The notes below the pieces were generated by a model. That model did no database searches. It saw nothing but the letters and a program-made list of their open reading frames with translations, and had not been told where the DNA came from. A program made the translations under genes and the position numbers. From a virus (Duplodnaviria; Caudoviricetes): a DNA stretch of 47,363 bases. This document shows positions 36,888 to 44,552 of the stretch, one piece after another. How positions within the stretch are numbered: position 1 is the first letter of the stretch; each line of letters begins with the position of its first letter. The DNA lies in the IMG/VR virus record IMGVR_UViG_3300035109_000020, positions 1-47,363 of that record. One strand, 5' to 3'.

Positions 36888-37199
36888 ATGTCGGAAAATG
36901 AAGAATCCGCTCTCGCCGCCAATAGCGCGGAGGGACACGTTTGTCCGGTGCGCGAGATCGTCGAAGACCTGCGATCCGATGTGTCCGAACACGACCGCGA
37001 CATCGATGACGCCGTCGACCAGATCCTGGCGTTAACGGACGCAATTATCGAAATCATCCGGCAAATGGAGCCGACCGCGGCAGGAGAAGTCATTTTCCGG
37101 ATCCGCACGCTGGAGCGAGAGAGCTCTGACCCGGAACACTGGGGCTATCGCCGCCGACTGCGGGATTTATGCGACCGCGCAAATTCGCGGGACGGATAA
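36888..37199 (+). CDS. Antisense-oriented acidic hypothetical protein (cassette A)
   Basis: GGAG SD, ATG 36888, helical 103-aa product downstream of the repeat hairpin. Confidence 0.6.
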   Translation: MSENEESALAANSAEGHVCPVREIVEDLRSDVSEHDRDIDDAVDQILALTDAIIEIIRQMEPTAAGEVIFRIRTLERESSDPEHWGYRRRLRDLCDRANSRDG

Positions 37200-37575
37200 A
37201 TTTCCATCCTTCCGCTTCGAGCCAATATTGCGCGGGGCGAATTCGACAATGGCGCGATTGGCGGTTGGCGATATAAGCCGGCGCGCATTCGATGGCCTGC
37301 GCCTGCGCATCTTCTGATAGCGCCAAGAAAGTCGCGCGCGCGCGCTTGGATTCGCGCGGCGTGCATGGCCATAGGCTTTCGAACGTCGCCCAACGCGCAA
37401 GCGCCTGCGGCGCGAGCGCAGTTTCCGCCGCCTGCTTCCGGCGCGCTTCCGCGCGCCGCTCCGCCGCGCAGATCGCGCGCCAGAGACCAATCAAAAAGGA
37501 GTCTAGGATGCCCTGCATCATATGTGTCCCCGCGATGAAAGGGGTTGGCGATCGGAGGTTGCGGGCGCCATTCAT
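37090..37575 (-). CDS. Protein containing a paralogue of the initiator C-terminal domain
   Basis: RWATFESLWP...ARATFLALS...AIECAPAYI...WLEAEGW versus initiator RWEAFRKLWP...ARGVFLRLS...AIDAAPGYI...WLKGEGW. Confidence 0.65.
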   Translation of the reverse strand: MNGARNLRSPTPFIAGTHMMQGILDSFLIGLWRAICAAERRAEARRKQAAETALAPQALARWATFESLWPCTPRESKRARATFLALSEDAQAQAIECAPAYIANRQSRHCRIRPAQYWLEAEGWKFIRPANLRGRINPAVGGDSPSVPGQSSLAPACGSGK

Positions 37576-37752
37576 TCCGCCGCCTCGGGATAATGGGGGC
37601 GGGCGCGATCGGCGGGCGGGGCAGGTCTCGCGTCCCCGGCCGCCGCAACGGCGCACGCCGCTGCATGTATCTTAGGCGTGCGCCGGGGCTGCGATTCGCA
37701 AACAGCCCCGGCGCGTTTCCCCCCACGGCCTATGGAACCAAGGGAGAATTTC

Positions 37753-37983
37753 ATGCCTGCCGACGACCCAATTGCCGCCACCGAAAGCGCGATGGACGCG
37801 ATGATCGACGCCGTTTCTCTGCTTTTCGCGTTTTCTGGAGACGCTGCCGCGCGCGAGACTTTCATCGCCCTTCTCCGCGATTTCGAGCAGGTAAAAAGCT
37901 ATGACGGATGCGGCGCCACATATCTTTCAACGCTCGTCCAAATTCGGAAAAAGGTTGAAATCCTGCATCGCCACAACACTTGA
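37753..37983 (+). CDS. Antisense-oriented hypothetical protein (cassette B)
   Basis: GGGAG SD, ATG 37753, downstream of the repeat hairpin. Confidence 0.6.
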   Translation: MPADDPIAATESAMDAMIDAVSLLFAFSGDAAARETFIALLRDFEQVKSYDGCGATYLSTLVQIRKKVEILHRHNT

Positions 37984-38281
37984 GGCCGCACGATGGCGCG
38001 CGGCGCGGCTGGCCAGAAGCAGCCGCGCGTTTCGGCCCTGGTTCGCTTTCGGCAAATTTCCGAAGCATTTCCAGTCGCTGCTCTCGCGTCATGTTTTGAA
38101 GCTCTCGTGCGCCGCTCATACGGGCCCCCGCGCATCGCGTTCGAGACGCGCCCCCAGCGCGCCGCTCCGCCGCGCAGATCGCGCGCCAGAGACCAATCAA
38201 AAAGGAGTCTAGGATGCCCTGCATCATATGTGTCCCCGCGATGAAAGGGGTTGGCGATCGGAGGTTGCGGGCGCCATTCAT
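37862..38281 (-). CDS. Hypothetical protein sharing its first 42 aa with 37090-37575
   Basis: ATGA overlap with the cro stop; N-terminus lies within the exact repeat. Confidence 0.4.
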   Translation of the reverse strand: MNGARNLRSPTPFIAGTHMMQGILDSFLIGLWRAICAAERRAGGASRTRCAGARMSGARELQNMTREQRLEMLRKFAESEPGPKRAAASGQPRRAPSCGLKCCGDAGFQPFSEFGRALKDMWRRIRHSFLPARNRGEGR

Positions 38282-38607
38282 TCCGCCGCCTCGGGATAAT
38301 GGGGGTTGGCGCGATCGGCGGTCGGGGTGGGTTCTGCGTCCCCGGCCGCCGCGTTCATCTCTTGGGAGCGCGCCTCTTGGGCTGCCCGCGCGATGGACGT
38401 TTCGCAAGATCCTTCGGCGCGAAAGGAAAGGAAATCGTTTGGCATAACCTCACCCTTCGTCGCTTCAGCGATTTTTTGCATTTGTTCGAGACGCGGATGA
38501 CGCTCTCCTCCAACCCAGAATTGGACAGCCTTTTTGGTGACCCCCAGCGCCTTCGCGAAGGACGCTTGGTCGATTTCATTTTTCTCCAGGTAATCGGCAA
38601 GCTTCAT
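38278..38607 (-). CDS. cro: Cro-like HTH regulator
   Basis: MKLADYL...QASFAKALGVT..AV..W..G.RHP......I...T.GEV.PNDF; divergent from the repressor. Confidence 0.85.
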   Translation of the reverse strand: MKLADYLEKNEIDQASFAKALGVTKKAVQFWVGGERHPRLEQMQKIAEATKGEVMPNDFLSFRAEGSCETSIARAAQEARSQEMNAAAGDAEPTPTADRANPHYPEAAE

Positions 38608-38691
38608 GTCCAAGAAATGGAACAAAACGTTCCGTCCGTCAAGAACATTATGTTCGTAGAACATTTTGTTCGGATATCAGATACTTATGAA
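38608..38691. promoter_or_regulatory. OR-like switch: three GAAC-N5-GTTC operators with divergent PR/PRM-like promoters
   Basis: Palindromes at 38620-38632, 38643-38655, 38659-38671; TTGACG (-) at 38637-38642; TAGAAC-17-GATACT (+) at 38657-38685. Confidence 0.85.
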
Positions 38692-39078
38692 ATGAAAAAG
38701 CCGGTCAATAAGCCCGACGCGAAAGCAGCGGAAAGAAAGCCGAAAGCGCCGACCCCTGTTTGGGCCCAAAGGCTCGAGCTGGCGCTTCGGCAAGCTGGCT
38801 TCGTTGATCAGAAGGGGAAGATCGATAAAAAGCGAATTGGTGAACGGTATTTCGTAGGACCAAAAGCCGTTGAACATTGGCTAAATGGGGCCCGCGAACC
38901 ACGATACGCGGTTCTCGTCGACCTGCGTCGACTGACAGGGCTATCGCTGGATTGGCTTTTCGGAGCTGAAGACGCCGCCCCTTTTAATAAGGAGCCAAAA
39001 GCGCCGCTTAAATTCGGCGGCCCGCTGTGCTCCCTAACTTCTTACGAGAACGCGCCGGCATCCATCGTGGCCTCTTAA
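38692..39078 (+). CDS. cI-like XRE/HTH repressor lacking an S24 peptidase domain
   Basis: RL..AL...AVEHWLNGAREP...L...TGLSLDWLFG; divergent from cro across the operators. Confidence 0.8.
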   Translation: MKKPVNKPDAKAAERKPKAPTPVWAQRLELALRQAGFVDQKGKIDKKRIGERYFVGPKAVEHWLNGAREPRYAVLVDLRRLTGLSLDWLFGAEDAAPFNKEPKAPLKFGGPLCSLTSYENAPASIVAS

Positions 39079-39224
39079 CCCTTCCAACGCCGAAGAATGA
39101 CCGCAACGCTGGATGCGGCTTTTCCGAAAAAAACAAGGCACAACAGATCAATAACAGGACATCTGTGCGCATCTTCAATAGATCATGCACTTCGCTTGAT
39201 TTAACCGAAGCAAAGGAAGATTTT

Positions 39225-39599
39225 ATGCATACGAAGGCTATTCCGCTTTCGCTGATAGCTGCGCTCGCGGGCTGTCAATCCACAGGAGCCCCGCCCGCCC
39301 CACCGCCGCCGCCAATCGCCTGTTCGGCCGGCCCCGATTGCGAGGCCAAGTGGTCGCGCGCCGTCGCCTGGGTCACTGAGAACGCGGCCTACAAAATACA
39401 AACCCAAACCGACTATTTGATCGAGACCTATAACGCCGTGGATAGCGGCAGCACCGGCCTTATGGCGTCGGTCAACAAAGTCTCCGTCGCGCCAGGGAAA
39501 TTCGAGATTCGCGCGCATTTTGGTTGTCGAAATATGTTTGGCTGCGCTCCCCGCACCGACGAAGCACTGCAAAAGTTTGCGCGGACCGTGAACGGATAG
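39225..39599 (+). CDS. Lipoprotein in the immunity operon (superinfection-exclusion candidate)
   Basis: LAGC lipobox, Pro linker, four further Cys; follows the repressor. Confidence 0.75.
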   Translation: MHTKAIPLSLIAALAGCQSTGAPPAPPPPPIACSAGPDCEAKWSRAVAWVTENAAYKIQTQTDYLIETYNAVDSGSTGLMASVNKVSVAPGKFEIRAHFGCRNMFGCAPRTDEALQKFARTVNG

Positions 39600-39614
39600 G
39601 GAAGGACATTTCCA

Positions 39615-39818
39615 ATGAATGAACCGACATGGGCTGAAATCAAGCGCACTTGGGCGGGGCGCACCGGACTCAAAGAAATAACCTCTATGATCGAGCGCGC
39701 CGTCGCGCCGTTGCGCGCCGATATTAACCGGCTTGAACGGGAGCTCGCGCGGCTTCGATCCGCTCAATCTCAACCTCAACCGCCGCGTCCTCCTGCGTCT
39801 CCTCCCCAAACAGAGTGA
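39615..39818 (+). CDS. Small coiled-coil hypothetical protein
   Basis: AAGGA SD; 67 aa. Confidence 0.5.
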   Translation: MNEPTWAEIKRTWAGRTGLKEITSMIERAVAPLRADINRLERELARLRSAQSQPQPPRPPASPPQTE

Positions 39819-39966
39819 AGAAAGTCCGATCGAGCGACGATGGGCATCCGGCTCGGGTCGCCAGCAGTCGACGACGCCTGTAAATCCGGCGCAGCGATTC
39901 CTCGAAGATCGGCTCGGCCACCGCGGCCATCGCGGTAATAGCCGCTGTTTTAATCTTCTCGATCAT
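39724..39966 (-). CDS. Hypothetical protein convergent with the immunity operon
   Basis: Strong AGGAGG SD 5 nt before ATG. Confidence 0.45.
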   Translation of the reverse strand: MIEKIKTAAITAMAAVAEPIFEESLRRIYRRRRLLATRAGCPSSLDRTFFTLFGEETQEDAAVEVEIERIEAARAPVQAG

Positions 39967-39977
39967 TTGTTCCTCCT

Positions 39978-40008
39978 AAGCCCGGCCCCGCGCCGGGCTT
40001 TCTTTTTT
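39978..40008 (+). terminator. Rho-independent terminator of the immunity operon
   Basis: AAGCCCGGC-CCCGC-GCCGGGCTT-TCTTTTTT. Confidence 0.85.
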
Positions 40009-40033
40009 GGCACAGCCTTAAGCATCCTGACTA

Positions 40034-40075
40034 GAACAAAACGTTCTTGACGCACAGAACAAATTGTTCTTCAAT
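40034..40075 (+). promoter_or_regulatory. OL-like operators flanking a PL-like -35
   Basis: GAAC-AAAAC-GTTC 40034-40046, TTGACG 40047-40052, GAAC-AAATT-GTTC 40057-40069; -10 weak. Confidence 0.82.
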
Positions 40076-40109
40076 CCGCTCCGTCACCGCTTCGATGGAG
40101 TATTCCAAA

Positions 40110-40559
40110 ATGGCGCTTTCAAAGTTCCATTCCGCTCTTCGCCAGAGAACCAGCGCCCCCTTAAAGCCTTCGGCTGCCGTTGTCGGCGACGATGCGACCG
40201 CATCGGACATGGCCGAAGCCCTGCGCGCCTTTCCCGATCTCATGATTTTCGCGCAGCTCGACGCTGCAAGCGTCGCGCGACGGCTTCTTTTTGCCGCCGG
40301 CTTCGATGAGGACGACATTGACCGCCTTTGGCGCGCGGCGCTGGAAGCCGAACTTGCGTGCCGTCTCGCCGAGACAGCTTTGACCTCCCTCACTCCTGTC
40401 CATCATTCCGAGGCCCTCGACGACGACGCGCTGATCTCGCGCATGGCGCAGGCGCTGCGGCCCTTCCGCAATATCGACATCGACGGCTTTGCGCGCCTCG
40501 CGCTTCTGCGCTCGGGCTTCGACCGCCCGGCGACCGATCGGCACTGGCGCGCCGCATAG
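40110..40559 (+). CDS. First early gene; hypothetical protein with internal duplication
   Basis: GGAG SD; MAEALR.F...GFD...DRLWRAA repeated as MAQALR.F...GFD...DRHWRAA. Confidence 0.65.
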   Translation: MALSKFHSALRQRTSAPLKPSAAVVGDDATASDMAEALRAFPDLMIFAQLDAASVARRLLFAAGFDEDDIDRLWRAALEAELACRLAETALTSLTPVHHSEALDDDALISRMAQALRPFRNIDIDGFARLALLRSGFDRPATDRHWRAA

Positions 40560-40711
40560 TCCGCCGAACTTGCCCACCGTCGCGCCTTCCCCTTCAAGAA
40601 GTTGGGCGCCGCCGAAGCCAATCGAGCAAAAATTCGAGCGACGATGGACGACCTGACGGCGAAGACAAACCTTGCCGAACGGTTGAGCCCCGCCCAGAGC
40701 GAGATGGGTCA

Positions 40712-40831
40712 ATGACCGAGCATCTCGCCACGCTCATCGCCAGCCACGTCTTCGCCTTCGTCCTCGGCCTCGCCATTGGATTTGATATTGCGGGCCGTCT
40801 CGCCGCCCGCCGCGAAAGAGACGAGAAATGA
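40712..40831 (+). CDS. Small single-TM protein
   Basis: MTEHLATLIASHVFAFVLGLAIG; stop coupled to the next start. Confidence 0.5.
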   Translation: MTEHLATLIASHVFAFVLGLAIGFDIAGRLAARRERDEK

Positions 40832-41115
40832 CCGCGCGCCTTCTTCCGCCCTTTGCGCCTGGATCGGTCGCGCCGACCGCCGAAGCGGCCGCGGAACTGA
40901 TCGTCACGCTCGCGAACGGCTTCGGCCCCAATGTCGGCGCCATCCTCATCCTCGCGACGCCGGAGCCAGATGGCGACGGCTTCGACGTGAAATTCGCCAC
41001 CGCGCATCTCTGCCCTCATAAGATCATCGACATTCTCGACGACATCGCCGATCGGCTGGCCCAGGAGGCGGGCGGCGTCATCAGCGGCGACGCGCCGGCG
41101 GGGCGCGCGCAATGA
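40828..41115 (+). CDS. Hypothetical protein
   Basis: ATGA-coupled. Confidence 0.6.
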   Translation: MTARLLPPFAPGSVAPTAEAAAELIVTLANGFGPNVGAILILATPEPDGDGFDVKFATAHLCPHKIIDILDDIADRLAQEAGGVISGDAPAGRAQ

Positions 41116-41393
41116 GCGTCGCGAACGACAACGCCGTCTCGCCCACGCCCTCGCGGCGCGATCAGGCCGTCGCCGCGCTTGGGCTGCATGAATTGCTCGG
41201 CGACGCGATCGAGGCGTTTTTTCTCGCGCTCGCGGCCCATGATCTCGCGACGGCGCGAGACGCCTTCGCCGCTTTCATCGACTTCGACCCGCCGTCCGAG
41301 ACGCCGCGCGCGGCGCTGCAATGGCGCGCGCGCCAAATCCGCACGCTCGCCGAAAAGCTCGCCCTCGCCGAATGCGCGCCCAAGAGGATTTGA
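41112..41393 (+). CDS. Hypothetical protein
   Basis: ATGA-coupled. Confidence 0.6.
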   Translation: MSVANDNAVSPTPSRRDQAVAALGLHELLGDAIEAFFLALAAHDLATARDAFAAFIDFDPPSETPRAALQWRARQIRTLAEKLALAECAPKRI

Positions 41394-41408
41394 GAGGAGA
41401 ATGATTTG

Positions 41409-41537
41409 ATGCCGGATATTCGCGAGAAAACCCGGGAGGAGCGCACGAAAGCGCGCATCGCGGCGCTTATCGTCGCGGAGCTTGAGCGGCTTGAGCGCCT
41501 GAAGGCCCAAGACAACTCCAGCGAACGAGACGCCTGA
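41409..41537 (+). CDS. Small hypothetical protein (MPDIREKTREE...)
   Basis: GAGGAG SD; 42 aa; TGATG overlap with the ParB-like gene. Confidence 0.5.
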   Translation: MPDIREKTREERTKARIAALIVAELERLERLKAQDNSSERDA

Positions 41538-43570
41538 TGACCACGCTATCTCTTTCCAAAATCACCCGCATCTCGCCGCTCAATCCCAATCAGGACATGG
41601 TGAGCGACGTCTCGTCGCTCGCCGCGACCATCCGCGCGATCGGCATGCAATATCCGCTGACCGTGCGCGAGCGCCCCGACGCGGCGGGAGAATACGAGGT
41701 GCTCGACGGCGGCCGCCGCTGGCGGGCGCTTCGGCTGCTTTGCTTGGGCCTCTCCGGTCATGCTGACGAGAAGTATCCCGCCGTCGAGATTTTCGACGGC
41801 TCCGAGGCCGAGGCGCTGCAACTCGCTCTTACGCTTTCCGTAACGCCTCACACCAAGCATCCCGTCGACGAATTCGAGCGCTTCTCGCAGCTCGTCGAGC
41901 AGCACGGCAAGACCGTCGCGGACATCGCCAGAGACTTCGGCGAGACCGAGCGCCATGTCCGCCAGCGCCTGGCGCTCGGGGCGCTCTCGCCGCGCGTGCG
42001 CGAGCTGTGGCGCAAGGGCGAGATCACGCGCGAGTCGGCCGAGGCCTATACGATCGCGCCGCTCGCCGCGCAGGAGGCCTTGCTCGACGATTGGGCGAAG
42101 CGCGGGTCAGGAAGCCTCAATCACCCCACCACCATCCGCGCCGCGCTGCGCGGCGATACGATGGTCGCGAGCGATCCTGTCGCGAAGTTCCTCTGCGCCG
42201 ATCCGGGGCGGCTCGAGGTCTATCGCGGAGCAGGCGGCCGCCTGATGGAGGATTTGTTCTCGGAGCAGCCAGGCCTGCAAGACCCCTCGATCGCCCGGCG
42301 CATCGCCATGGACTTCCTGCGCGCCGAGGCCCTGCGGTTCGCCGAGGCGGAAGGCTGGGGCCATGCCTTCGCGGGAGAGGACGAGGGCGGTTTCGATCAA
42401 TTCTTCCTGTCGGACGAGGAGGAGGGTCGCCTCGACGAGATCGCGCGCGAGCTCGCCGGCGAATGCACGAAGGCCAAGCGCAAAAAACTCACGGCCGAGC
42501 GCGAGGCCATCCTGTCGACCGTCGACGATCGCGCAGACTATGGCGTGCGCGCCGACCTCGACTGCGGAGGCGAGATTTATCTCACACGCGGCGTCGCGCT
42601 CCCCGACGAAGCCGCACAATCCGCGAGCGGTCGGGCTAGCCCGGAGCGAGCGGACAACCAGCCGGCCGCCGCAGCGCCAGACGCGGCGGCCGGCGAGAGC
42701 GGGGAAGAGACCACGTCGAGCGGTTGCGCTGGCGCAGAGCGAGACGAAAAAACCCCGCTCAGCGAACCGGGCAAACAGCTTCGCGCCGTCATCGACGCCG
42801 GCGCGACGGACGCGCTGCGCGACGCCGTGTGCGGACGGCCCGACATCGCTTTGATGCTCGCAGTGGCGGCGCTCGGCTGCCAATATGGCGTCGTCGGGCT
42901 CGGCCTGCGGCCCGTGCAGTCGCGCTATCCCGAAGACAATGACCTCCTGAAGCGCATCCGGCCGCTCGCCTTCCAAGGCGCCCTCGCCGCATGCGCCGAG
43001 GCCTCGACCTGCGATCTCACCGTCGCCTTCGCGCGGATCACGGCCGCCGCGATCGAGACGCAGGGCTTAGGCTTTGACGCGATCGGCGTCCTGTTCCGCG
43101 CCGTCGCCGCGCGCGGCGGCGACGTCGCCGGCGCGCTCGAGCGCAACATCGATCGCCGCGGCTATTTCGAGGCCGCCGAAAAGGAGCGCACGGCGCGCAT
43201 CGTCGGCGCGCTGATCGGCCCGGCCGAGGCGGCGCGCGTGAAGGGCTGGAAAAAGGACAAGCTCGCCCAGCACGCCGCGACGCTCTCGAAAGAGCAGGGC
43301 CATCTCCCGCCGCCCTTCAGCGATTGGTCGGACTTTCCCGCGCGTCCCGGCGCGCTCGACGAGGCGATCTACTCCGAGCGCCAGGAGCCGCTCGCCGAGG
43401 CCATGCGCGACGCGATCGAGAAAGACGAGGCGTCGAGCGGTTGCGCTGGCGCAGAGCGAGACGCGAACAAGTCGAGCGGTCAGGGGGGCAAGAGCAAGGG
43501 CAAAAAGCGCGGCCCGCGCAAGACGCCGATCGAGAGGGCGATTGAGAACACGGAAGGAGCGCCGGCGTGA
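41537..43570 (+). CDS. ParB/Spo0J N-terminal domain protein
   Basis: LAATI...G...PLTVR...YEVLDGGRRWRAL; HPVDEF; HTH IARDFG....VRQRL.L. Confidence 0.88.
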   Translation: MTTLSLSKITRISPLNPNQDMVSDVSSLAATIRAIGMQYPLTVRERPDAAGEYEVLDGGRRWRALRLLCLGLSGHADEKYPAVEIFDGSEAEALQLALTLSVTPHTKHPVDEFERFSQLVEQHGKTVADIARDFGETERHVRQRLALGALSPRVRELWRKGEITRESAEAYTIAPLAAQEALLDDWAKRGSGSLNHPTTIRAALRGDTMVASDPVAKFLCADPGRLEVYRGAGGRLMEDLFSEQPGLQDPSIARRIAMDFLRAEALRFAEAEGWGHAFAGEDEGGFDQFFLSDEEEGRLDEIARELAGECTKAKRKKLTAEREAILSTVDDRADYGVRADLDCGGEIYLTRGVALPDEAAQSASGRASPERADNQPAAAAPDAAAGESGEETTSSGCAGAERDEKTPLSEPGKQLRAVIDAGATDALRDAVCGRPDIALMLAVAALGCQYGVVGLGLRPVQSRYPEDNDLLKRIRPLAFQGALAACAEASTCDLTVAFARITAAAIETQGLGFDAIGVLFRAVAARGGDVAGALERNIDRRGYFEAAEKERTARIVGALIGPAEAARVKGWKKDKLAQHAATLSKEQGHLPPPFSDWSDFPARPGALDEAIYSERQEPLAEAMRDAIEKDEASSGCAGAERDANKSSGQGGKSKGKKRGPRKTPIERAIENTEGAPA

Positions 43571-43860
43571 GACAGCAAATTGAAACCAAGCGGAGCCCGA
43601 TAGCGATGAGCGCCCATATCCTCGCCATAGACGCCGATCCGGCGGCGATCGTGCAACTGCGACCACGCGTGCTGCGAAAGGACGAAGCCGCCAAATATAT
43701 CGGCTGCAGCCGCTCGAAGCTCGACATGCTGATCGCGGAAGGCACGATCTCGGCGAAGCGCGCGGGGACCTTGCTCGTCTTGGTGAGCGTCGCCTCGCTC
43801 GACGCCTATCTCGACAGCCTTCCCGATGCGCGAGAGACCCTGCCCGGGAGAGGCGCGTGA
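43567..43860 (+). CDS. Excisionase-like (HTH_17/AlpA) DNA-binding protein
   Basis: LRKDEAAKYIGCSRSKLD.LI..G.I.A...G......SLDAYL. Confidence 0.75.
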   Translation: MRQQIETKRSPIAMSAHILAIDADPAAIVQLRPRVLRKDEAAKYIGCSRSKLDMLIAEGTISAKRAGTLLVLVSVASLDAYLDSLPDARETLPGRGA

Positions 43861-44135
43861 TGCTGTCTTTCGAGGCAATCGCGGACAAAGGCCGCGTGAC
43901 GCTATTCCGGATTTGGCGAGACCATGAAGGCCGGCAGAGCGAACCGCTCGAAACAATGGAGCCGGAGGAAGCCGACGCGCTGCGCCAATCGCTCTACGAC
44001 GCGGTCGAGACCGCCAAGAGCCAGAGATCAGAGACCAACCGTCGCACGCTCGAAAAGCTCCGCGCCCAACGCGCCGCGCTCGACGAGCAGATCGCCGAGA
44101 TCGAACGCAGGGAGAAGAGCGATGGGATTGCTTAA
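43857..44135 (+). CDS. Hypothetical coiled-coil protein
   Basis: Coupled ORF. Confidence 0.6.
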   Translation: MMLSFEAIADKGRVTLFRIWRDHEGRQSEPLETMEPEEADALRQSLYDAVETAKSQRSETNRRTLEKLRAQRAALDEQIAEIERREKSDGIA

Positions 44136-44349
44136 CATTATGTTTTGCTTCGCTATCGTGCGGATTCTTGATCGAAAAATAAAGAACGAGCGCGAAGACC
44201 GCGAACGCACCGCCATGCACGTGCGCATTTCCGAGCGGGCTTATCGAGCCGGCTACATTGTAGGGCACGACAAAGGCTGGCGCGCGCATGAAGAAGCTTT
44301 GTCTCGATTTATGTATCGGAGCCGGGATGAAGGAGCGAGGGCGAGATGA
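44122..44349 (+). CDS. Hypothetical protein
   Basis: ORF linking its neighbours; GGAG SD. Confidence 0.5.
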   Translation: MGLLNIMFCFAIVRILDRKIKNEREDRERTAMHVRISERAYRAGYIVGHDKGWRAHEEALSRFMYRSRDEGARAR

Positions 44350-44552
44350 GCGAGCAGCTCGACAAGCCGACGCGCGCCAGCGTCCAAGCGGCGATCGATC
44401 GCGCGAGAGACAACGGCTACTGCTTCGATAATTGGTCCGACGAGCAGATCGCCGTTGATATCTGCTCCTACGATTCGACGCATGAAAGCTGCGAGGTCGC
44501 CGACGTCGCAAAGATCGTCGCGGAAATCCGGAGCGGCGCCGATGGCCGCTAA
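44346..44552 (+). CDS. Hypothetical protein
   Basis: ATGA-coupled. Confidence 0.55.
   Translation: MSEQLDKPTRASVQAAIDRARDNGYCFDNWSDEQIAVDICSYDSTHESCEVADVAKIVAEIRSGADGR

Larger units (their letters stand above)
36700..38352. repeat. Three related copies of the cro 3' end/next-gene junction, plus a 149-bp exact direct repeat
   Basis: Copies at 36700-36855, 37565-37720 and 38271-38352; exact repeat 37451-37599 = 38157-38305. Confidence 0.92.

Noticed and set aside
36700-38352. Repeats as a CRISPR array or DGR template/variable repeat pair
   Set aside because: Units are 80-156 bp with gene-sized spacing; no cas or reverse transcriptase gene; differences are not adenine-specific
38620-38671. 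GAAC/GTTC motifs as LexA (SOS) boxes
   Set aside because: Spacing is an N5 palindrome, not the alphaproteobacterial GTTC-N7-GTTC or Gram-positive GAAC-N4-GTTC; the position fits phage operators
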